A DNA stretch of 60,078 nt from Actinomycetota bacterium (GTDB taxonomy: Bacteria; Actinomycetota; Aquicultoria; Aquicultorales; JAMCWL01). Location: the NCBI GenBank assembly GCA_023481285.1, contig JAMCWL010000071.1:1-60078 (forward strand), read 5' to 3'. The translations under genes and the position numbers were made by a program. Position 1 is the stretch's first letter. The number at the start of each line of letters is the position of its first letter. The notes below the pieces were generated by a model that was given only the letters and a program-made list of their open reading frames with translations, was not told where the DNA came from and searched no databases. Of this stretch, positions 36,730-45,680 are shown piece by piece.

Positions 36730-37842
36730 TCATGCCCCCCTGCGGAAAGCGATCGCCGGATCGATCCTCGCGACCGTCCGAACCGGGACGTACGAGGCGA
36801 GGATACCGATCACGAGCGCCAGAGGTAGAACCCTGGCGATATACGACCATTCGACGAGGATGAGGAATTGCGGCCTCACGACCTCGATCAGCTTGGCCGC
36901 CCCGAATACGAGCGCCAAGCCGAGGATCGATCCGACGAGAGCGGAGACCAGCGCTTGCTCGAAGACGATCAGATAAAGCCGCCTGTTTCTGGTCCCAATG
37001 GCCTTAAGCACGCCGTACTCCTTCGCCCGCTCGACCGTCGCCGTGTAGATGGTCAGCCCGACCAGCATGAGCCCGATCAGGAAAGATATCGCCACCATCA
37101 ACCTTAAGGGGCCGCTGAAAACGCCGGTGAAAAGCTCGACGTCGCGCGCCGCCACCTGCTCTTTGGAGACCACGCTCAAGCCGTCGACCTTGCCCGCTAT
37201 ATCTTTCCGAAGGGAATCGATGTTCGTTCCCTTCGCCGCCGAGACGAAGAGGAAGTTCGCTGTGCCGGGGGCCTGGCGCAACTTCGCGGCGGAGTCGAAT
37301 GGAATGAAAAAGGTGCCCGTCATCCAGGTGGACGTCCCGCCGGAAAGACCGACGATGGTGAACTCCTTCCCCAATATCTTGATCTTGTCTCCAAGCTTGA
37401 GGTCGTTTTTCCAGGCATGCGTGCGATCGAATATCACCTCGTCGTCCTTGAGGTTGGAGCGGCCCTCCGCCATCTGCCAAGGCCCGCCGCCTTTGGCCCG
37501 GTCGTAGCCGATCATCTGCGTGAATACCTTTCTGCCCTTGATGTCGAGGACGACGTACGAGGCGAAGACGGGGATCACTTTCTCGACGCCTTTCACGTCC
37601 TCGACTTTCTTCACCGTCGAAAGGGGCACGACCGAGCTCGCCCCGACGAAGTTCTTGAGGTCCTTCTGCGCCACGATGAGGTCGACCGGCTCGTTGTCCA
37701 AGTACGCCGTGACTTGCCGGTTCGTCCCGGCCAGGAAGCCGTTGAGAAGAAGGATGAGCATGATCGCGAGCGCCACCCCGCTACTGCTTATGGCGAAGCG
37801 CAGTTTCTCCTGAAACAGATTTCTTCTGGCGACATCTACCAT
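36730..37842 (-). CDS. FtsX/MacB-like ABC permease
   Basis: KEYGVLKAIG; paralog of the adjacent permease. Confidence 0.9.
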   Translation of the reverse strand: MVDVARRNLFQEKLRFAISSSGVALAIMLILLLNGFLAGTNRQVTAYLDNEPVDLIVAQKDLKNFVGASSVVPLSTVKKVEDVKGVEKVIPVFASYVVLDIKGRKVFTQMIGYDRAKGGGPWQMAEGRSNLKDDEVIFDRTHAWKNDLKLGDKIKILGKEFTIVGLSGGTSTWMTGTFFIPFDSAAKLRQAPGTANFLFVSAAKGTNIDSLRKDIAGKVDGLSVVSKEQVAARDVELFTGVFSGPLRLMVAISFLIGLMLVGLTIYTATVERAKEYGVLKAIGTRNRRLYLIVFEQALVSALVGSILGLALVFGAAKLIEVVRPQFLILVEWSYIARVLPLALVIGILASYVPVRTVARIDPAIAFRRGA

Positions 37843-37893
37843 GCTGCACCCCTCGCCGAAAATCTCGATGGATACTTTCGCGAAGGTGACGGT

Positions 37894-38553
37894 TTAATGA
37901 GGGTGCTTACCGTGACCCGGCGCGACGTGCCCGTGTATCCTGTCAACAAGATACGACAGGTGTTTTCCCACGTCGTTCTCGATCTTGCTAAAAAAGCGCT
38001 GTTTCTTGCTCTTCGAAGGATCCTTTCGGTACGCCAGTGGAGTCAGGCCGAAATGCTTCTTGAACTGCTTTGAGAAGTGGCTCGTGCTGTTGAGACCCAC
38101 CTCAAAACAGACGTCCAGGATCGGGCGCTCCGTTTCGCGCAGGAGTTGTGCGGCACGCTCCATTCGCGTGCGCGCGATGAACTCCTGAAGCGTTTCGCCT
38201 TCGAGCAGCGAGAACGTCCGGCTCAGGTGGAACGGGCTTACCAGCATGGTTCGCGAGAGAAGTGAGAGGCGCAGCGCCTCGGGGTCGGAGAGATGCTCTC
38301 TGACGTACTCCTTGACCTCCTCGATCTTCTGCTCTTTGAGGAGCGTCATGACTTCGAACCCGGCATCCGCGACCGCCTCGTGAATCCTCTCAAGCGAGGT
38401 GCTTTCCTCATCAAACTCGATTTCCACCTCGCCGATTCTTACGGTGAGCCTGACCGGGGAGAGTGCCGATAACTCCTCTCGAAGCGTACGCACGCAGCTC
38501 AAACAACACATTCCCTTGACGCTCAATGTTTCTCTTCTTAAGTTACCTGCCAT
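37894..38553 (-). CDS. AraC family regulator with N-terminal HMA domain
   Basis: VKGMCCLSC...AVADAGF (HMA) followed by an AraC HTH (GLNSTSHFSKQFKKHFGLTPLAYR). Confidence 0.88.
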   Translation of the reverse strand: MAGNLRRETLSVKGMCCLSCVRTLREELSALSPVRLTVRIGEVEIEFDEESTSLERIHEAVADAGFEVMTLLKEQKIEEVKEYVREHLSDPEALRLSLLSRTMLVSPFHLSRTFSLLEGETLQEFIARTRMERAAQLLRETERPILDVCFEVGLNSTSHFSKQFKKHFGLTPLAYRKDPSKSKKQRFFSKIENDVGKHLSYLVDRIHGHVAPGHGKHPH

Positions 38554-38868
38554 TTTAAGATTTCCCTCTGCATAGTTTTGTTACACCAGTTTAAAGAGAG
38601 AACGCATTTTTTAAAAGAGTCAGCCGTAGAAGCCGCCTCGCGACGCAAAAATGGCGAGTGCCTGCCGATTAAAGAAAGGGTTGTTAATTATTTTTTTAAC
38701 CAAGTGCTTGTTAAGCAAGTGCTTTTAAGCTCAGGGTGGGGGGTCTTCCGAAGCGACAGGAGCATGGACTTGGCGATCTTGGGCTGGAAGGCACGGCGAG
38801 TCGGGGGAATGGCGTCGCGAGAATTCCAAAACTACCGGGGCGGCCAGCACTTTCATTGTTCGTCTCGA

Positions 38869-38897
38869 TTGACATCGACGCCCTCTTAAAGTACTAT
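38869..38897 (+). promoter_or_regulatory. Sigma70 promoter of the tRNA operon
   Basis: TTGACA-17 nt-TACTAT. Confidence 0.8.
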
Positions 38898-38916
38898 TTT
38901 TTTCGTTGTTTTACGC

Positions 38917-38998
38917 GGGGGGATACCCGAGTGGCCAAAGGGGGCAGACTGTAAATCTGCTGGCGACGCCTTCGGAGGTTCGAATCCTCCTCCCCCCA
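38917..38998 (+). tRNA. tRNA-Tyr(GTA)
   Basis: GGGGGGA/TCCCCCC acceptor stem, GCAGA-CTGTAAA-TCTGC anticodon arm, long variable arm, GGTTCGAATCC; CCA not encoded. Confidence 0.96.
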
Positions 38999-39023
38999 CA
39001 AAATCCGGCTTTGCCGGATTTTG
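38999..39023 (+). terminator. 11-bp hairpin after tRNA-Tyr (terminator- or REP-like)
   Basis: CAAAATCCGGC-TTT-GCCGGATTTTG. Confidence 0.45.
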
Positions 39024-39108
39024 TAGAGCATTAGAGCACTAGACGGTAGAATTTCACCGTTGTCCTAGCCGCCCTTTCGTGGCAAAATATTCGAGTCGGA
39101 ATCTACAC

Positions 39109-39181
39109 GCCCGCGTAGCTCAGTCGGCAGAGCACATCCATGGTAAGGATGGGGTCAACGGTTCAAGTCCGTTCGCGGGCT
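39109..39181 (+). tRNA. tRNA-Thr(GGT)
   Basis: GCCCGCG/CGCGGGC acceptor stem, CATCC-ATGGTAA-GGATG anticodon arm, GGTTCAAGTCC. Confidence 0.96.
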
Positions 39182-39702
39182 CACAACAAAGGCTGTTTCT
39201 TACGAACGAGCACTTATGGTTGATGGCTTAGAACTTTGAGCCGTTGGCCAAGGGGGGTATCTCCCGGGGGGAAGAATTCCCCCCGTGGTCTCTTATAGGA
39301 GAGGGGGATACCAGGGGGAGAACTGTGAGTTCGCCCCCTGGGGAGGCGGCTTCAGCCGCCGACGTCAACGGTTCAAGTCCGTTCGCGGGCTCACAACAAA
39401 GGCTGTTTCTTACGAACGAGCACTTATGGTTGATGGCTTAGAACTTTGAGCCGTTGGCCAAGGGGGGTATCTCCCGGGGGGAAGAATTCCCCCCGTGGTC
39501 TCTTATAGGAGAGGGGGATACCAGGGGGAGAACTGTGAGTTCGCCCCCTGGGGAGGCGGCTTCAGCCGCCGACGTCAACGGTTCAAGTCCGTTCGCGGGC
39601 TCACAACAAAGGCTGTTTCTTACGAACGAGCACTTATGGTTGATGGCTTAGAACTTTGAGCCGTTGGCCAAGGGGGGTATCTCCCGGGGGGAAGAATTCC
39701 CC
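39154..39702 (+). repeat. Perfect 210-bp tandem repeat, about 2.6 copies, each starting with the tRNA-Thr 3' end
   Basis: Units start at 39154, 39364 and 39574 with identical sequence; the last copy is truncated at 39702. Confidence 0.95.
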
Positions 39703-39722
39703 GGTTTATAACTGGTTTACTT

Positions 39723-39798
39723 GGCGGCGTAGCTCAGTGGTTAGAGCACACGGTTCATACCCGTGGAGTCGGTGGTTCAAATCCACCCGCCGCTACCA
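39723..39798 (+). tRNA. tRNA-Met(CAT), elongator type
   Basis: GGCGGCG/CGCCGCT acceptor stem, CACGG-TTCATAC-CCGTG anticodon arm, encoded CCA; lacks the initiator GGG/CCC anticodon stem. Confidence 0.93.
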
Positions 39799-39813
39799 AA
39801 AAAAGGTGTGAAT

Positions 39814-40095
39814 ATGCCCGTCTATGGATACCGCTGCTTTAAATGCGAGAAAGAGTTTGAGACCCTTCAAAACATGGGTGAAAGCGCGGTTCAACCTTGC
39901 CCCGAATGTGGAAGTGAGGCTAAGCGCCTTTACTATCCAGTCGGCATTATCTTCAAGGGTTCCGGCTTCCACGTCAACGACTATCCCAGCAAGCACAGGA
40001 AGACCCCCGAAGATCCCAAAGGAGAGTCAGGCGAGACCTTAAAAAGCCCGGAGGACGCGTCTTCCTCAAAACCAGCGGACGTGAAAGTAGATTAG
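39814..40095 (+). CDS. FmdB family zinc-ribbon protein
   Basis: MPVYGYRCFKC...CPECG...IIFKGSGF. Confidence 0.9.
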   Translation: MPVYGYRCFKCEKEFETLQNMGESAVQPCPECGSEAKRLYYPVGIIFKGSGFHVNDYPSKHRKTPEDPKGESGETLKSPEDASSSKPADVKVD

Positions 40096-40126
40096 CGCTA
40101 GGATTGGAGCATGTTTTAGCCGACCG

Positions 40127-41059
40127 CTAGATTTTGGTTCCTCCGGTCGCTTGCTCTGCTAAAATTTCTTCCGTCGCACTTTCGACGTCCGCCTTGACGC
40201 TCTCTACCCAGCGAAAGTCCTCCAAGTATTTGGGATCCCTAAGACCGGCCGACCGGTTTTTTTGATAGACGCTTAACATCCTGTTGCGCAGCTTCTTGAT
40301 CTCCCACCGCACTCTGTACTGATCGGCCGCTTGGATGCTTTTATACTGGACGCTTACCGTTTTAATATGCTTCTTCACCTGGTCGAGAGACTTTCCAAGC
40401 AGGCCAAACTTTTGTTCTCCGTAAAAGCGCTCATACTCTTCAAGATGCCTCTCGATAAAGTCAAGCTCTAAGTCCAGCTTGTTCAAATTGCTTATCGGCA
40501 ACCCAAGAACGATGCTCTCTGCGGACTCCCTGAGAGCATAGAGCGACGAGCCAGGAAGCGCGTTGCTGCTTGCAATCAATGAGGAGCCAAAAGCGACTAG
40601 AACCAGAGCCGCCGCCAAAGCCACGATCGTCCTCGGCCGCTTAAGCTGAGCGGGAACGAGTGGACGATAAAAGGTCAGATTGACGGTGGTTCCAAAACCG
40701 GGAACGGTCTCGCAGGTAAATCGGTCGCAAAGCTTTCGCATAAGCATAATGCCATAGCCGCCGTCACCAGGAAATTCTACCTCCTTCTCGGAGACCGTGA
40801 GGCCTTTACCGGTATCCTTGACTGCGAGAAATAGAGAGAAGGGCGTCATCGACCCATAAATCGTTATTAAAGAGGAAGTGTGCTTGTCGTCGTAAGCGTG
40901 GCGGATAACGTTTGTGCTCGCTTCCGACATGGCCACCTTGATTTCGTTAGAGCGGTCTTCGAACGGAGTACCCTCGATGAACTTATCGATGAACTTCCTT
41001 ATCAAAGTCAAATTCATACCGTTGGCGGGCAATGACAACCTAATGCGCTTAACCAGCAT
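40127..41059 (-). CDS. RsbW-like HATPase (anti-sigma kinase) fused to a TM and a DUF5667-like helical domain
   Basis: EASTNVIRHAY, DTGKG, GGYG and GT.V motifs, then a TM, then ALPGSSLYALRESAE. Confidence 0.75.
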   Translation of the reverse strand: MLVKRIRLSLPANGMNLTLIRKFIDKFIEGTPFEDRSNEIKVAMSEASTNVIRHAYDDKHTSSLITIYGSMTPFSLFLAVKDTGKGLTVSEKEVEFPGDGGYGIMLMRKLCDRFTCETVPGFGTTVNLTFYRPLVPAQLKRPRTIVALAAALVLVAFGSSLIASSNALPGSSLYALRESAESIVLGLPISNLNKLDLELDFIERHLEEYERFYGEQKFGLLGKSLDQVKKHIKTVSVQYKSIQAADQYRVRWEIKKLRNRMLSVYQKNRSAGLRDPKYLEDFRWVESVKADVESATEEILAEQATGGTKI

Positions 41060-41448
41060 GGCCCCTCTTACGCTCGTTCGCCTCTGCCAAATAATACCCG
41101 GACCCGTCGCCTACTAAACATTCAAGCGATGAATTTTTACTCTGACCGACCGATGCTCCCCCTCTTCTCAAGGGATTTTAGAATATTTAACCCCACCTGT
41201 CAGTAGGTTTGCGCACGCTAGTTGCTCAAGCAGGTGATGGTCATGGAAGAAAATATGCCAGGTAAAAGACGTATTGCGGAATAGACGGCGATTCACAATT
41301 CAACCCTCAATGGAAACGGCCGTAACCAGCGAACTCCTGGTGACGATTTTCCCAGTCTCCCATGTCGCCGCCGCACCCGTTGACCGCACAGTTTGTAGGC
41401 ATTATCCTGAGATTTACTAAGCACACCGACTGGAGGGTTGAGTTTACA

Positions 41449-41697
41449 ATGATGTTTTTCGGACCCTGGGACTTCGGTTCCGGTTATTATTGGCTGATGA
41501 CGCTTTCGATGATCTTTTGGTGGATCGCCTTGATTGTCGCGATGGTTTTTGGCGTCCGCTGGCTGATAGGGACTTCGTCTTCTCAAAATGCAGGATCTCA
41601 ACCGAACGCCGCCCTGGAGATATTAAAGATGCGCTACGCGCGCGGCGAGATTGAGAAAGAAGAGTTCGAGACGGTGAAAAAGGCGATATCGCGATAG
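41449..41697 (+). CDS. SHOCT-domain small membrane protein
   Basis: TM followed by ALEILKMRYARGEIEKEEFE. Confidence 0.85.
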   Translation: MMFFGPWDFGSGYYWLMTLSMIFWWIALIVAMVFGVRWLIGTSSSQNAGSQPNAALEILKMRYARGEIEKEEFETVKKAISR

Positions 41698-41746
41698 GGC
41701 AAGATTAAATTTTAAAAACTATAACGTCGCTAGTGAAGCGGAATGT

Positions 41747-41819
41747 GCGCCTGTAGCTCAGGGGATAGAGCGTTGGTCTCCGGAACCAAAGGCCGCAGGT
41801 TCGAATCCTGCCAGGCGCA
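41747..41819 (+). tRNA. tRNA-Arg(CCG)
   Basis: GCGCCTG/CAGGCGC acceptor stem, TTGGT-CTCCGGA-ACCAA anticodon arm, GGTTCGAATCC. Confidence 0.95.
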
Positions 41820-41824
41820 CAAAA

Positions 41825-42442
41825 TTACAGTTCCTGCCCCTCAACCTTGTCCGTCCCGCGTTTTCTCGGGCGACGTCGCCGGCGAAATCGCTGCTCGGCG
41901 ACCTCGCGTCTCCGAAGCGCATTTGGGGAATCGCGTTCGGTCGGGAATTCCGGTTCATCAGGTGGAATATATGAGAATCCCTGATCAACGGCGTCAATAT
42001 AATTCTCGGTCGCCTCGCGGTCGCCGGGAATGACTTCGACGTCTTCAAGCTCGGCTTCCTCCTTCACGTCGGCGCCCGGCCAGGGCGCCTGGGTGTGGCT
42101 CGACTTAAGCACATAGAGATCGTTGACGACGTCTATCACGCCGTCGACTATCTGGGCTATCGATTCGGCCATCTCCGCTTCTTCGGCGCTTTCCGCCGTG
42201 CCGCTCAGCTTAACGACGCCATTCACCACATCAACATCGATGTCGATGTCGTCGACGCGAGAGTCTTCTCCCAGCTTTGAGGCAACATCTTCGGCGATTT
42301 CATCGTCCGAACGAAACCAGGGATTATACTCTGGACTTGCTTCCATCAAATGCTCCTCTATGGCGGTTTCGTTAAGAAGTACCCAGTCGCCGGGAGAAGT
42401 ACTCACACGCCAAAGTAGATTCTTTGCTTGTTTGGAAGACAT
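41825..42442 (-). CDS. BON domain protein (acidic)
   Basis: RSDDEIAEDV...IDVDVVNGVVKLSG...GVIDVVNDL; start codon uncertain. Confidence 0.8.
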   Translation of the reverse strand: MSSKQAKNLLWRVSTSPGDWVLLNETAIEEHLMEASPEYNPWFRSDDEIAEDVASKLGEDSRVDDIDIDVDVVNGVVKLSGTAESAEEAEMAESIAQIVDGVIDVVNDLYVLKSSHTQAPWPGADVKEEAELEDVEVIPGDREATENYIDAVDQGFSYIPPDEPEFPTERDSPNALRRREVAEQRFRRRRRPRKRGTDKVEGQEL

Positions 42443-42479
42443 TCGGCCGCCAACATACCAGCGACTAAAAGCCTGCAGA

Positions 42480-43805
42480 TCAATTCGGCCTCCCTGTTTG
42501 AGCTTTCTTCTTGCTCAGCCTGTCGAGCGCTTCGACGGCTTCTTTCGAATCCGGACTGAATCGAACGGCGTCTTGCAAGAGCTCGACGGCCCTCCCGGCC
42601 TTTCCGGTCTTCTCGTAACTCATGGCGAGATAGTAAAGAATATCGGCCGCGTACGGCTCGATCCGAGCAGCCGCTTCATAGACTTCGATTGCCCCTGGAA
42701 AATCGCCCTTGGCGTAGAGCATGTCACCAAGCTCCGCGTTGCTGAAGAGCTGGCGGGGGAGATCTTTAGCCTTGCTCTCTTTAACCGCCTGGCGCAGTTG
42801 GATCTCTCTCTCGTTAATCACCTTCTCCAAACGCTTAACGTCGTCGCGCCCTGGGTCAAGCTCCATCGCGACCTTAAGATGGTAGATCGCCTCGGCATAC
42901 TTATCGATTCTGAAGTAAGCGTTCGCGCCTTTCACATGAGCGATGATATCTCGAGGATTCTTCTCGAGTGCCTGATTGGCGCTCATGATAGCGATCTGAA
43001 CCTCGTCCCCGGTAATGATGGTCGGCTTCTTCTCCTGCTTGGGCTCGAAGACGCTCTTTATCGCCGAGACTACGTCGCTCTGCTGCTCCGTCGTCTTATA
43101 GAGCCTGGCTATTATATTGAGACGAGCCTGGGCGGAGTACTTGGGGGTACAGGTGGTCAGGGTCAACCGGAAATCCCCGGTCGGCTTGAGGTTCGTGACG
43201 TCGCTCGGAGCCCTAGTCTCCGAGTACGCGACCTTATATTCATAAGTGGCGTCGATGGTCTCGATGATTATTGGGTCTCCGGGAGCCAGCTCGTCAAGAC
43301 GGTTGAAGGGGCGGGTATAGGTGACACGGTGACCGGCTATCCCGACATTCCCCTTGCCGCCAGGGTTGACGGTCTCCGGATAGTGTCCGGGGCCGTTCTT
43401 GAGAACTTCGGTATCCGTGCCTTCCAGGACTACCTGATCAAGCTCGATTTTTGGAATGATGATCCTGGTGTTGGGAAAGGGTGCGCGCTTCTCATTCGAC
43501 TTTTGGGAGGATTTGATTTTGAGCACCGACTCTTCCGCCTCGAACTTGCGCTGGCCGTAGACTTTGAGCTGCTCTTCCTGAAGCTTTCGAGAGATTGACT
43601 GCTGCTCTTTGGCCCTCTCTTCCCACTCCAGCCTAAGCTCGTACTGGGAGATGGCGCCGTAAACCTCCGTCGCCAGGGGAAAGAGCATGATTAGAAGACC
43701 GCCGATTATTAAGAGCTTGGAGACGCCATCCCGGTGCCTGTCGATAAACTTCCTCGCCGGGGAGAAGAACGCATTGAAGAGTCGCGAACGATCCCCTCTA
43801 TGCAT
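42480..43805 (-). CDS. Class E/D-like sortase fused to C-terminal TPR repeats
   Basis: N-terminal TM; GPGHYP, IAGHR and LTLTTCTP...R catalytic His/Cys/Arg; TPR-like C-terminus (AEAIYHLKVAMELDP, LYYLAMSYEKTG). Confidence 0.9.
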   Translation of the reverse strand: MHRGDRSRLFNAFFSPARKFIDRHRDGVSKLLIIGGLLIMLFPLATEVYGAISQYELRLEWEERAKEQQSISRKLQEEQLKVYGQRKFEAEESVLKIKSSQKSNEKRAPFPNTRIIIPKIELDQVVLEGTDTEVLKNGPGHYPETVNPGGKGNVGIAGHRVTYTRPFNRLDELAPGDPIIIETIDATYEYKVAYSETRAPSDVTNLKPTGDFRLTLTTCTPKYSAQARLNIIARLYKTTEQQSDVVSAIKSVFEPKQEKKPTIITGDEVQIAIMSANQALEKNPRDIIAHVKGANAYFRIDKYAEAIYHLKVAMELDPGRDDVKRLEKVINEREIQLRQAVKESKAKDLPRQLFSNAELGDMLYAKGDFPGAIEVYEAAARIEPYAADILYYLAMSYEKTGKAGRAVELLQDAVRFSPDSKEAVEALDRLSKKKAQTGRPN

Positions 43806-43809
43806 TTTG

Positions 43810-44271
43810 TTAAGACCTCTTCTTGTGCCTCATCTTCAAGCCAGAGGTCATCATACTGCCGCCACCCAGCAAATAGAGCCAGACCTCAGCGCCGGTATTT
43901 GCCTGCTCTTTTGGTGTAGTGGGTGCAGTAGGGGTCGCAGTCTGGGCGACCGCCGGTTGAGTGGTAACGGCGACCGTCCTCGCCGCCTCGGGAGCTCCCT
44001 GACTAACCAGATAATCGATGATCTGTAATTCCTGAACGCCTGAGATATACTCGGACGCACCGTTGCGGTCCATCCGGTCGATGACCTTGCTCCAATCTTC
44101 CCTGGCTTTCTTCACGCCCCTCCAAACATCGTCCTTATGGCAGCGAACGCAGTTCTGCTCAGTCAAGCTCTTTCCATCGGCCGCGAAGGACACGCCGGCT
44201 AACCCCAAGGTGATGGCGATGGCCATCGCCAATATGGAAAAAAACCTCCTGATATCCACGCCCTCCATCAC
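43810..44271 (-). CDS. Monoheme c-type cytochrome with a putative sortase sorting signal
   Basis: Signal peptide ending VSFA; CVRCH; W..VIDRM; Thr/Pro/Ala linker; QANTG, hydrophobic segment, KMRHKKRS tail. Confidence 0.8.
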   Translation of the reverse strand: MMEGVDIRRFFSILAMAIAITLGLAGVSFAADGKSLTEQNCVRCHKDDVWRGVKKAREDWSKVIDRMDRNGASEYISGVQELQIIDYLVSQGAPEAARTVAVTTQPAVAQTATPTAPTTPKEQANTGAEVWLYLLGGGSMMTSGLKMRHKKRS

Positions 44272-44390
44272 ACCTCCACAGCCTGTGAAGCTTTTCTCTA
44301 GCTTACCAAAATGCTAGCACATCTGTCTACCGATTAATTGAATAAACCATCTGGTAAGCACGCGGTTTATGCTATCGGTTACGCTCTCCA

Positions 44391-45050
44391 TCAGCCCTGG
44401 GTGGACTTTCTTTTTAGGTAGACGTCGATCTTCCTTTTGACCCTCTGGAGAGCGTTATCTACGGATTTTACATGCCGTTTTAGCTCTTCCGCTATTTCCT
44501 GATAAGACTTCGCGTCTATGTAAAGCCGCAGTACATCCGCTTCGAAATCACTCAATATCTGCCCGAAGCTCGAGCGTATTGTCTTCGCCTCTTCCCCGCT
44601 GATCACGAGCTCCATTGGATCGGCGATCTCGCAGCCGGCGAGGATGTCAACGAGCGTCCGCTCCGATTCCCCTTCGGCAAAGATGGATCTGCTAAGGGAG
44701 ATATACGAATTCAGCGGGATGTGCTTCTGACGGGTGGCGGTCTTTATCGCCGTGATCATCTGGCGAGTTATGCAAAGCTCGGCGAAGACCCTGAACGAGC
44801 TCTGCTTGTCTTCCCGATAGTCACGAATGGCCTTGTAAAGCCCGATCATTCCTTCCTGGACGAGGTCTTCTCGGTCAGCGCCGATTAGAAAGTAGGAGCG
44901 GGCTTTAACTTTGACGAAGTTCTTATACTTTTCCAACAGAAATTCGAGTGCCAGGTTATCTCCGGCGCGGGCGCTGATGACAAGTTGTGGGTCCGACAAT
45001 GCTGCGAAGAGAGAGGAGGCGTACTGGCTGGTCTTGGTGTTAGTCTGCAC
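44391..45050 (-). CDS. sigH: RNA polymerase sigma factor, SigH (spo0H)-like
   Basis: ARSYFLIGADREDLVQEGMIGLYKA, ATRQKHIPLNSYISL and KSVDNALQRVK. Confidence 0.92.
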   Translation of the reverse strand: MQTNTKTSQYASSLFAALSDPQLVISARAGDNLALEFLLEKYKNFVKVKARSYFLIGADREDLVQEGMIGLYKAIRDYREDKQSSFRVFAELCITRQMITAIKTATRQKHIPLNSYISLSRSIFAEGESERTLVDILAGCEIADPMELVISGEEAKTIRSSFGQILSDFEADVLRLYIDAKSYQEIAEELKRHVKSVDNALQRVKRKIDVYLKRKSTQG

Positions 45051-45164
45051 CTGATTCGCCCTTAATCCTTAAGTAGTCCGAAAATCCGGTGCGCGCAATC
45101 ACGTCCCGGGCTCAGGGGGTGACGGCTTTGATTATAGTCGCCCCTTCACTCTGGGTCAACAATG

Positions 45165-45680
45165 TTAAAAGTCCCTGATTAACTTATCAAGCACTCGTTT
45201 GACGGTGCCGTCGATTCTATCCTCCAGCCTGGGCCGACGGTTCGGTCCTCTTGACTCTATGTAGGAGCGTCCGGCTTCCCTAAGCACCTCGGAGATCTCC
45301 ATGGAAAGCTGGCGTGCGCTCTTAATGATAACGCCCGGCCTAAAGACGACCTTCTGTTGCGCATAGTCGGACGTGGCAACGACGACCGGCCGCCCGGCGC
45401 TTAATTCATAAGACAGGCGCTCTATAACCGAATCGGCGCTCTCGCCGCTACGAGTAAAACAGACCTCGATTCCCAGGATCGTCGCCGTCTGCCTCTCTTT
45501 GTTGCTCGTTCCACCGGCGTCAAAGACAATGATGACGTCATAATCGGAGAGAGTGGCGACCGCGGCAAGGTCCTCCACCAGCCGGACGCGCGCGCGCTCA
45601 AGATCCGCCTCCTTGACCCTCTTATAACGAGCGTCGTGATTTATGAGGTTGTAGCCGTCGACGATTAGAATCTGTTTCAT
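45165..45680 (-). CDS. NYN/YacP (Rae1-like) ribonuclease
   Basis: LIVDGYN, VFD, SADSVIE and VATSD motifs; conserved rlmB-yacP-sigH context. Confidence 0.88.
   Translation of the reverse strand: MKQILIVDGYNLINHDARYKRVKEADLERARVRLVEDLAAVATLSDYDVIIVFDAGGTSNKERQTATILGIEVCFTRSGESADSVIERLSYELSAGRPVVVATSDYAQQKVVFRPGVIIKSARQLSMEISEVLREAGRSYIESRGPNRRPRLEDRIDGTVKRVLDKLIRDF

Noticed and set aside
38701..38856. 41-aa minus-strand ORF ending EDPPP (possible stalling leader), beside a CAAGTGCTT(G)TTAAG direct repeat
   Set aside because: No RBS, no CxxC or RxPP motif, and about 180 nt from the AraC gene; support is insufficient.
39244..39651. Two identical 65-aa ORFs
   Set aside because: By-products of the tandem repeat; they cross tRNA-derived and hairpin sequence and lack an RBS.
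39154..39702. CRISPR array
   Set aside because: Units are identical over 210 bp with no unique spacers, and there are no cas genes in the window.
42123..43598. 491-aa plus-strand ORF
   Set aside because: Antisense shadow of the sortase and BON genes, with no motifs.
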